Positions 27,601-39,600 of a DNA stretch of 64,000 nucleotides are shown in pieces. Each line of letters begins with the position of its first letter. The first letter of the stretch is position 1. The stretch is taken from the NCBI GenBank assembly GCA_043228905.1, contig JBHGNT010000009.1:4340001-4404000 (forward strand). The letters run 5' to 3'. A program made the translations under genes and the position numbers. This DNA is from Azolla caroliniana (taxonomy: Eukaryota; Plantae; Polypodiophyta). Below the pieces are notes generated by a model. It worked only from the letters and a program-made list of their open reading frames with translations. It ran no database searches and was not told the origin of the DNA.

Positions 27601-30600
27601 GATGCTAGGTTTAATATTAAACATGAGGAAAGCATGGGCACGAAAATCCTTATCTAGCCACGCATCAATCTCAGCGTTAGATGAGCCAACAACTGATTTG
27701 GTTGAAGAGGATGAAGTTATTGGTGGTTTCTTGTCACTACCATTGACTACATTCCATAAACGATGGTATTGTAGCAAGGTCTTTATTTGTAGCTCCCAAT
27801 CCAAGTAATTGTTCCCATCCAAGATGGACTCTTTGGGGAGTTGGGGAATGGTTGATGAAACAATCGTGGCATGTGAGGCCATGATATCCTCCTCTTGAGC
27901 TACAACTGGATAATTTACAGCAGTTGTAAGTAGATGCTCAGGGTCTTTCTACTTCTCCCTGGATGCTAGGTGAGGCTCAGATGAGGGGAAAAGAAAAAAA
28001 AAGAACCTCCTTTGTAGGTTGGGAGGGTGGCTGCTAAGAGAACCTCCTCTATAGGGTTGGGAGGGAGGGATAAAAGAAGAGAGGTCTGTGTGCTCTTTGG
28101 CAAAAAAAAATTCAGGCTGAGGATATGGAGACCTCACTACTCTGATACAATGTGAGAAAAACTGTTAATAGCAGCAGCGGAAGAGTTAGAACAAAATAGA
28201 CACAGCCAAGCTGGGACAACAGTAGAAAAAATGGTTGCAAAGAGTAGAGACACAGCCAAAGAGTTGTGCTTGTTTCTAAGTAGCAGCAGAAAATAATCTC
28301 CTTACAAAAGAGGCTGGTATAAGCCTATTTATTCAAAATTGGGAATGGTTGTTTGGTAGTTAAGAGACTCTTGTACTACCAAACAGGTACAATAAACTAG
28401 GAATAAAAAAAGGGAATATCTTGGAAAAAGTGGAAGAGACAAAAGGCATTTAAAGCATTGCAGATTCTAGAGAGAGAAGGCATTTAAAGAGTTGCAAATT
28501 CTAGAGAGAAAAGAATCTGGGAAGAGAGAGAATGTAGTACAAAGATAATAAAGATGAAAGAGAGTGCAGGTCTGGAGCTGCCATCCTCCAACAGGGATGG
28601 CATAGCTTTTGACAATTTTATGCATGTGAAATTGACAAACTTTTAAAAGCTGTCACTCTAAGTGGGAAGTTCGTTTTTAGGGTTTGTTAATTTTTAATTG
28701 ACAATTGTATTTTAGGATTTAGCCTGTTCCTTTGTTCCTTTGTGACTTTTGACACCCCCTACCTCCTTCCCCTTTTTTCTCCTCTCCCATTAATCTGGAA
28801 ATATGAAGGTATCTTGATTTCAGTGTATGAAAGAATTAAAATTATATATTATTTAAAATTATCAGTTGCATGATGTTCCGGATCAAATTTGAACTGTTCC
28901 ATGATCAAGATCTGAACTTTGATTCATTACTAGCATGATAAGCAGATCAAGTAAAGTGCCGATAGTTATGCCATTACCATATACAGTCATTCCTTTTTGG
29001 AGATATGATTGCAGTGTTTCTTGATTCAATTTTCTATACAAGTATTGTCTTTTTACAGGTATTCAAGGACAGGAAAATAGCAGAAAATCTGGTTCATCGA
29101 GCTGAGGCAGCTGGGTATAAAGCAATTGTTTTAACAGGAGATACTCCCCGACTTGGACGTAGAGAATCAGATATAAGAAACAGGTTGTGTATTTTATTCA
29201 AATCTTTACTAGCTTCAGGCGATGTCTTCAAAATGCATGATGATGGGTTCTCTCACAGATTTATACTGCCATCCCATGTGACAATGAAAAATGTCGATGG
29301 ACTGATTAATGTACAAACACAAATGGATAAGGTATTTTAATTACTACTGATGCACAGGCCTATAAGTTTTGTCTGACCACTTGTAACTCGACTCTCATTC
29401 AAGAACTCAATTGACAGTGTACTTCATCAACGAAAAAAGATCTTAAAGCATACATTTCCTAAAACTCTACAAAAGTCTAGAAAAGATTTAAAAGATTTTT
29501 TGGCGTTTATATGTTGAACTTTAGAAAACATGTCTTGGTACATTTACTTCAATTACAGCTACTGATGCACAGGCCTAGAAGTTGTCTAACCACTTGTAAC
29601 TCGACTCTCATTGAAGAACTCAATTGTCAATGTACTTTATCCACTAAAAAAGATCTGAAAACATACATTTCCTAAACTTTACAAAAGTCTAGGATAGATT
29701 TGAAATATTGTTTTTTGGTGTTTGTATGTTGAACCTTAGGAAAGATGTCTTGGTACATGTATCTCTGTAGTATTAGGAAGATATGTCACTTTTCCCCATC
29801 AATCTGTGAAGGTAATCTTTACACAAAGACATGTCATTAAAGGATACATTGGTTTCTCCATGTCTTGTGAGTATCCAATCCATGATATCTTGCACATATG
29901 CTTTGAGCGTAAAATTGGAAAATTTCTTAGATTGAGTTATCTTTTTCTCATTCAATAAATGAGAGAGTACTACATAGCATTATTAAACTTGAAGAAGATT
30001 AACGTTTTTAGATTTTTCTAAGTAGCAAATTTAGTGTTTTTTCAGTCCAAAGGATCTGGTTTGGAAGCATACGCTGCCAATACAATGGACAGGTCTTTAA
30101 GTTGGAAGGTAAACCTTTTTGTATTTACTTTTTTACTTAGTTATGTTTATTTTGGTTTGCTGATTGCAAAGATGAAACTACGTTTTAAGATGTGATCTCT
30201 TGATTTGTTTTATAAGACATTTTAGCCTCTTAAAAGATGTTAATATATCTTTCTTCTTCTATCCCAAGTGGAACTCGACCTATGATAGAGATCTTTCGGA
30301 GACAAAAGCTACAATATACCTAACGTGAGAATCTTGCATGTGCCAAAAACCAGATTCTCTTGTCTCTTCTCTTTTCATCTTATTTACTTTTATATTTACT
30401 GTGTAATATTTACTTTATTTTGATTTGTTCTCAAAGACAAGAAAACATTTAAGATGTAATCTCTTATTCGGTCTTATAGGCCATTTTGGCCTCTTAAAAG
30501 ACGTTAATATATCTTTCTTTCATTCTTTCTTTCTCTCTCCCAAGTGGGACTCTTTCCGGTTGGGTTGTTGACATAAGGAAATGGTTTAGAAGATGGGGTG

Positions 30601-33600
30601 TGGATAATCTTTTAGTGCTTTTGGGTGATGCTATGCATTATGTAATGATTGAGGAAAGGATGGTCGAATCATTAAGGATGAAATGGGAAGATGCTAAGAG
30701 GACAAAGCGAGAATACTACATTGCAAATGTCAACCCTGAATATATCCAACCTTATCTCATTACCAATATGAGTAGTAATGCTCGTAGAGCCCTTGCACTA
30801 CTTCGCACTTGATCTCACAAGTTAGGTATTGAAGTTGCATCATGGTATCAAAATGTAACGAATTTGAAGACATGTAAAGTATGCAATGAAGGCATGGTAG
30901 AGGATGAATGTCACTTGCTCTTCACATGCTCGACATATAGTGCAATTCGTTCAAGATATGCTGACATACTAAGAGGAAGTGATATTTTAAATGCCATACT
31001 TAAGACACCAACTAGAAGGTTGAGCTCATATGTGTATGCTTTATTCACACATAGAGACTTTGTGCTTCAATGTATGAATACCCCTTCTTAAGGAGACACA
31101 TATCAAGAACACATGCATACTCTGGTTCCATAGGTCAAAACTGGCCTCTTTATGGACGATAAAAATTCTAATTTCCATTCTGGATCAACCTATGCTAGAG
31201 ATCTTTCAAAGACAAAAGCTACAATATATCTAACTTGAGAATCTCACATGGGCTGAAAACCAGATTCCCTCGTCTCTTGTTACCTTATTTACTTTTATAT
31301 TTACGGAGTGATATTTATTTTATTTTGATTTATTGTTCTCAAAGACAAGACAACACTTAAGATGTAATCTCTTGTTTGGTCTTATAGGCCATTTTGGCCT
31401 CTTAAATGACGTTAATATATCTTCTTCTTTTTTCTTTCTTTCTCTCTCTCTCTCTCTCTCTCAAGGGGTTTGGAATGGCTGCCGTTTAGCTGGACAGGGA
31501 GGCTTTCGGAAGGGGTTGACAATTTTGGATCACAGATTGACCCTCTGAGCCCTTATCGAGGAGGACAGAACCCACAATAAGAGGATTTATTGCTGTTTTG
31601 TGGATTTCTGGAAAGTCTTTGACACTGTGCCATGTGCTCGGCTTATGCAATGGCTAGAAGCCCTTGGTGTTCCTACAGATTTGCAATGGGGAATCTATGC
31701 ACTCTATGAATCCTTGTCAAGAAAAGTGCGGTCTTTCAAGGGTTTGTTAGAGGTAGTGGCTAGCACAATTGGAGTGAAGCAAGGATGCCCACTATCACTC
31801 ACTTCTATATAGATGAGATATCACATTACATAGAGAGATTCAGGAATTATAGTGAGTGATGGGAGGAAATCGTGGAGGGGAACTCTGGCAGAAAATGTTT
31901 CTAATAAGAGATGATGTAACGTTGACCTTCCCTCTCCTTGGAGCTATAAAAGGAAGGGACAGCGTCTGTTTCGGGGATCGATCATTTGGAGAGGGGAAGG
32001 TGCTGTCGGATTGGGAAACAAAGTGTTGTAGGCTTTCTATTCTGCTGATTCGGTTAGGCGGTGCGAGGCCTTTGCTCACGTAGGCAGCCTGTGTGCTCCC
32101 GACCAAAGGCTCACGAGTCCATGTGTGTGCGTCTGGAGAGCTCAAAACTCTACTAATAGGACAGAGGTCTAAACTTGTATTCTTTCTCTGTCTTTAATTG
32201 ATTGTTGGGTATTGTTGTATCTGGGTGCTCTCTTTGTGGTCCCTGCTTTGGTCTCTCTGTGTCGTGTCAAAATCCGTATCTCGTTTCTGGTGTCCAGGGT
32301 GGTGTCGTTCTTCCCTCCTCTTTTCTGCCCGTGCTGTCTTGCGTCTGAGAGCCCGTGTGCTCAACATCCGGAATCCGGTGACAGAGCCGGATCGGATATG
32401 GTTCTGCAAGCTGTGCGCTTAGTATCCGACCTCGGGAACCAGGCCAGATAGGCCGCTGCAAGCTTAGCAGCCGATTATCCTTAAGCTCCTTGGTCCGAGA
32501 CCCCAGTGGTCCTGCCCAAGCCGAGTCCGCAGGCCGTGGATTTCCACGACAATGCTCCTACACATACTTAGGAGAAACATTTACAGGGCCTAGGTTCTCC
32601 TTACGGGAGGATGCTTGTGCCTGACTTTCTTGTAGATATGCAGCCCTTGGTGCTCTCAAGAGACAATGTGCACATTTGCAGTTCCAAGAGCCACAAACTA
32701 AGCTGTGGTTATTTAATACACTTGTCACACCAACTCTTCTATATGGAGTATGGATGTGGGGACCGAGTCTTAACAGGCAAATCATTGGAAAGATTTAGAG
32801 AGACCTTTAGTGTCAATGATTGCCCGCATGATAAGGAGCAAAGCATCGGTGCCCCATGATATAATCCGGGTAGAGATGGGAGCAACACCTATATTCACCG
32901 ATGGATTGTTCCGATCAGTTACATGTCTCCAACATCTTTGGGAGCTCCCTAAACGAAGGTATCCAAGGTTGGCACTTATGCCATCAATACAACTAGCTGA
33001 AAATGGTGACATTCATTGTTGGTATTCATTGTTGGCATAAGTATAATGTACAACCCCCGTTCCAATATAGCTTGGACTGTCTCCATCTAAATATGACCAA
33101 AGTGGAAAAGAATAGAGTGATCTGAACTGATATTATTAACTTGGAAAACAAGATAACATGGATCAGCCCCAAAATATCACTTGGTACAAAGATGACCCAC
33201 TACAAGACACGTTCTACACACATCAGAGGATGGATTCATCATTAGGCCACTCTATATGGACATACATCTATCCTATGCACTACGCAGTGAGATAGGGCAG
33301 CTTTGAACTTCATCACATCAGTTAGAGATTGAGGTATGTAGATATATATGAATACCTCTAGAAGAAAGAATTTGCCAATTGTGTCATGAAGGAGTGGAAT
33401 CCGAAGAGCACTATGTTTGTCACTGTAGTGTCTTTTATGATATTAGAGGGAGATAGCATTGCCTCTTTAAACAATGCTTTGGCTTGTTGCACAAGGTAAT
33501 GGAATATGAGGACCAACAATGCCTTTCTTGCTAGACCTCAAAAGACATAGGGAAAAGTTGTTGAAAGACAAAAATACAGCCACACAAGCTCATCCACAAA

Positions 33601-36600
33601 GAACAATCACAACTTTCTTTGGCCCCATCACTCCTACTAATGCTACAAGTCAATTAAGGGATACACAAATTGGTTCCCGACCAAGACGTAACAAAGGGGT
33701 TACAATAGATCGGGCAATAGCAATTTGTCGTGCATGTAGGCCCCAGCCCCATGGACCATGACCTTAGCACCCTTGTCATCGATAGATAAAGGCCATTATA
33801 TCCCACCACCGCAGGTACTTCCCTCTCATCGGAGACCTCTCCATTCTAGATCGACCTATACTCGAGATCTTTCGAAGACAAAAGTTATAATATATCTAAC
33901 TTGAGAATCTTATATGTGCCAAAAACCAGATTCTTTAGTCTCTTTTTATCTTATTTTCTTTTATAATTACCGAGTAATGTTTATTTTATTTTGATTTGTG
34001 GTTCTCAAAGACAAAACAACACTTAAGATGTAATCTCTTGTTTGGTCATATAGGCCATTTTGGCCTCTTAAAAAATGTTAATATATCTTTCTTTCTCTTC
34101 GTGTGTGTTCTTGTACTCTGGATTTTCTGTAATGTCTGCCTAATCTTTGCACTCGTCCTCTGTGTTTTTTGTAATCTGCCTAATCTATGTTTTTGTCCTC
34201 TTGACTGTTTTGCAATGTTTGCCTAATCCTGCATTTTTTGCAACGTTTGCCGAATTTCTGCATTTTTGCCATCTTGCTTTTTTTTTTCACCTTTTGTAAT
34301 GTTGGCTGGTAAAATCTTTGCGTTCCTCCCTCTGTCCTCTGCGTTTCTCCGACTTAATCATCGTACCCACTTTCGTAGCTACAAAACACCATGGATTGCA
34401 AATGGAGAGAGGATGAAGATATGGATTTGAACAACCATGAAGATGATCCAAATCAATACACGACTCCCATTTCAATATAGCTTCAATTGTCCCAATCTAA
34501 ACATGACCAAAGTGGAAAAGAATAAGTGACGGGGAAACAAAATAACATGGATCAACCCCACATCTTAGAATACGTGTAGAATACTTGTAAAATACGTTAA
34601 ATACTTCTTAAAACTTAAAGTTTTTTTTTCAGAAACAAAATTTTTAAATTTTTTTGAAATGATAAACACTTGTTAAATACGTAGAATACATGGAATACGT
34701 CAAATTTTAAAAAGCGGCAGTTCTAAAATGTAGAATACGTGTAGAAGACTTCAAAGTATTCTAAAACGTACTCTAAACGTAGAATACGCGTTTTTTAACA
34801 ACTATGCATCAGTTAGAGATTGAAGTGGGCAAATATGGATGAACACATCTAGAGAATGTTAAGAATATATACAAAACTCTAAACTCATTATAGAGATTTG
34901 AACTTGTGACCACTTCAAAGAAGATGTGTAACCTTAACCACTAGGATTGATCATATCATACATGATATCATTATAACTTCCATTATATCACCGAGAATAT
35001 ATATGTAATATTATGGAATGTCGCCACCTCGTATATGCTAATGTGTGATCACCTAGTGTTATGCTTGCATGAATGCCAAGTAGCAATCATATACACCTGC
35101 GAGGTAGCGAGCGTGCATGTATCTAACCATGCTATATAAACATGTGTTCAAGTATTGACCATTCCTGTTCAATGCCAGTCTTCAGCATATTCTTATAACC
35201 CTTGTTGTTATTTCCCTCTTTTCAATCTCTTCTTCCATTCAATATTGTTCTTAGCGATGGCCCTGATAGAGAAAAGAATTCTAAGTATTACAAATGCAGA
35301 GAATAAGAGAATGAAGCACCCCAAATGGATATATAGAGGTCACATGTGCAAATTAAGTGGAACAATGTGAAACATTGTACAACTGCAATGTGGGGACTCT
35401 TGAAATCTGTGGAGCTACATGTTGAAAGAATTTACCATCAACATATGCATTTAATTGAATTTATATAACATTGAATGTATTGTATCTTCTATTAATATGC
35501 TATCAAATGTGAGGTAATGGTTTCATGGGTTCACTATGTATTTTGTAGATTCTCAATTTGACTCTTGCACATTCTGTCTAAGGTTCTTCCCTCCATAGAC
35601 AAGCCTCATTCATTTTCGTTCATAACAATTGTACCAAAGCTGATTATTAATTCCTCCCGTGCTAACTTACCCTGCCCACATCAAATTGCCGATGACATTT
35701 CTTAAAACATTTAATCTTAATTGTCTAAGCCATCTCATTCACGCATTTCTGTAGTTCTTTTTGTTTCATTTTCAATTTTTATAGATAAAATCTTTTTTTT
35801 GAAGAACGTGTTTTTGGATGAAATAAAAATGCTGTTTGATCCAACAGTGAACTGTTAAAACTATGAGTCATTGTTCTAAAGTATAAAAATGGTGTATGTT
35901 TTCTTTGATACTGTTCTGACAATGTGCAGTTTTTATTTTGTTTAAGCCATTTTTCCTTGTTTAAAACTTTTTCATATGCCTAATGTGACAGGATATAAGG
36001 TGGTTAAAATCAATTACGAGACTGCCAATTATCTTGAAAGGAGTCTTGACTGCTGAAGATGGTAAACGGATACATTTACATGACTCTTGGTCACATCCTG
36101 ACCTTTTTTTTTACTTGTATTAGCCAATTCATGAGTTGTTTTAATGCTTTTTGGTAAAGATATTTACATTTTTAATAAAGTTCTAATATATACATATATA
36201 TATATACACATATATATATGTATGTATGTACTTATGTATATGTGTGTGTGTGTGTGTGTGTATGTATTATGTACAGCATCCCTAGCAGTTCAAGCAGGGG
36301 TTGATAGTATAATTGTATCGAATCATGGTGCCCGCCAACTGGACTATGTGTTTCCAAGCATACTTGCCCTGGAAGAGGTATTATCTTTTATGTCTCATAT
36401 ATGTGTTTTTCTTTTTCTCTATGTGCAATCATTTGTGCTAGTGGAGGGTGGGCATGTGAGTTTAACTCCTGGCCTATGTCTTACAAGGCAAAGACATATG
36501 ATCATTTATCATTGACCTTTACCAAACCAAAAGCTTCCATGTTTGCAATATGGATAACCTAAAGCTACTGATATTTGCAGTCATCATTTGTTTCTTTCTC

Positions 36601-39600
36601 TCTCTCTCTTTGTCTACAATGTCTGATCCGCTGCGTTTTCTGCAATGTCTGTCCTCTGCGTTTTCTACAATGTCTGATCCACTGCGTTTTTTGCCAAATC
36701 TGATTCCCTGCATTTTCTGCCAAAATCTGTTCCTCTGTGTTTTTTGCCCAGTAGAAATTCCTGGAATCTATATTGTTCCCTCTGCCCTCAGTTTTTCATA
36801 CCATGTACCTGCTGTCCTAAGACAACATGGAGTCTGAATGGACAGAAAATGAAATGATGGATCTTAACACGCACGAAGAGGGTCCAGATCCATGGAAGAC
36901 CCCAAGAAGATACCATCGACGAAAAGGACGGGATGAAAGCACCCCGAATAGCGTTAGAAGGGCGCACGTGGCACCCAAAACTCAGGCCCCATTCGATATT
37001 CCATTTGATGTCGAAAATGGGAAACATGATCTATTACGCCATTTGATTGCACAAGAGATCAATCTTATTAAAGAGGATATAGAAATAGTACTAAAAGAAG
37101 AAATGAAAAAGGAGACAGAGAAACAGAAAATAGAGTTGTATGCCTCTCTCAAGACTGAGTTATTAGAAGAGATGCGGAAAGACATAATAAGCCATGTGAA
37201 GAAATCACACTTAGAGCTCAAGGATGACATGACACAAAACCTTAAGATATCCTCAAGTAAGGTTGAGTAGGAACTATAAAAGTGGATTTAGAAAAAGGAC
37301 AAGAAGCAATGAGTCTAGAGCTAAAACCCTTATCATCCGCTTCATGGATATTGACAAGAAAAAAACTTTCCTCTCTAAAAGAAAGGCAAGGGTGAAAAAT
37401 ATACCTAGATGATGATCTCACTCCAGCCCAAGTGGCACACCGCAAAGAAAACATGCCACGAGTGCTTGATGCAAGAAAGGAAGGAAAATGGGCCATATAT
37501 AGAGATGGCAAGGTCATTATTACAGAGAAGAGAACCGCATGACGATATATGGCCTATGAGAACCTACGCATGAACATATGGAATTGCAATGGCTCTCTAC
37601 GGACAGATGTCAGATATTTTGAAGATACCTTGAAAAACATAGATATTGCTATGTATACAGAGACTCACCAATGCATGGCTTGCAAACTCCCCGAGGTACA
37701 AGGATATAGATGGGAGTCAATATGTTGCCCCCAACCTCGGACAAGAGGAAGCACTAGAGGTTTAGGAGGAGTGGCTGTGCTATACAAAAAGGAGCTTCAT
37801 GATAGAGTGCATGTTGTTCATAAGGATGTAGATGCACGCTACATGTGGATACGAATCAAAAGAGGGGATCTTAGGGAGTTATATTGCAATTTTCTACTTT
37901 CCACCTACCTACTCAAGGTTTGCACCTCTAGGCGAATCACCATATCTACCATTATATGATGATATCATAAGATTTGCTACTATGGGGGACAATACTATTA
38001 GGAGATTTTAACACACGAACCAAGGATGAACAAACAACTATGTTTAACACCAACGAGGTTGTTTATGGAGAAGTTATGGCAGAAGAGGTTGTTCTAAAGC
38101 AACAAGCTCAAGATATGAGTGCTACAATTGAATATGGAAAACGCTTTCTAGCCTTGGGAAATGCGCATGGATTTGTGATATATAATGGCTTGTCACAATG
38201 GCCTGTCACAATGGCCTGGATCAGATGCTTTGACATGTTGGAACCCAAAAGGAGGTGCAAGCACAGTTGATTATCTAATGGGATCCCCATCTCTTATACC
38301 TGAAATAAAAGAGTTCACTATATCGGGTAGACCTATTGGCTTGGCAGTAGATCATGCATATCTACGCTTCGAGGTAAAGGATGGATGCACAAAGGATGTA
38401 TATGCGAAGGAGAGTGGGCTGGCTAAGTATCTATTTACTCGCAAGACAATTGATATGTATAGTTGTGGTGTATACAATGGCTTGCTCGATTTGGATCCTT
38501 TCACACCCCTTGAAGAACTTACCCAAGGATTGTCAAAATCATTGCATAAAGTAGCCACAAATGTCTTTCCTCATACAACGGCCAATCCCCCCAAACACAG
38601 TAGAGTAATACAAAATAGTTGGTATGATGAGGAATGTCGCGATACAAGGAGATGCTTGCAGCGTGATGTAACTCGGGGCATTTATACACACAAATAAGCG
38701 AGAGCAACATTCCAATGCCTCGTAAGGAAGAAGAAGAGATTGTATTTGGCTGAAGATCATTTGTATCGCTTGTTTCTAGGACAAGAATGTAAAAGAGCAT
38801 GGAAAATGTTTAATGAGAGGCAACCTACCACACAACTGACCTTGCGTCAGGTGTGGCATGAATATGCAAAGGTTCTATATGATATCCCAGGGCAACCTCC
38901 TCTTCCCCACCCGAATGCCTCACGCCCACATGAATCAACCTTCTTTACACCACAAACTGTAGGAAATGCCATTGATCAGCTACAATTTGGGAAGGCCCAA
39001 GATCATGATGGATTGGAGGTGAACACTTTATCTATGCCTGTGACACCTTGCTCCCATTGCTAGCACACATTGTTAATAGAGCCATGTGTGAAGGTTTCCC
39101 TACTAGATGGACTCAGCATACCATTGTGCCAATCCTCAAGAGTGGAAACCCCATGATGCCAAGCAACTATCAGACAATCATGATTGGCCATTACTTGGCT
39201 AAACTATATGGGTCGATTTTAGAATCAGAATTGAGTATATGGGCAAAGCAAAATGGCTGTCGTTCACTTTGGATCACATATTCACCCTCTGGGCCCTTAT
39301 TGAGGAGGGCAGAGCCCACAATAAGAGGATTTATTGCTGCTTTGTGGATTTTCCGAAAAGCCTTTGACACTGCCACGTCTCGGCTTATGCAATGGCTAGA
39401 AGCCCTTGGTGTTCTTACAGATATGCAATGGGGAATCTATGCACTCTATGAATCCGTGTCAGGAAAAGTGCGGTCTTCCAAGGGCTTGTTGGAGGCGGTG
39501 GCTAGCACAATTGGAGTGAAGCAAGGATGCCCACTATCCCCCACTCTCTTTGGTCTCTATATAGATGAGGTATCACATTACATAGAGAGATTTGGGGGCT

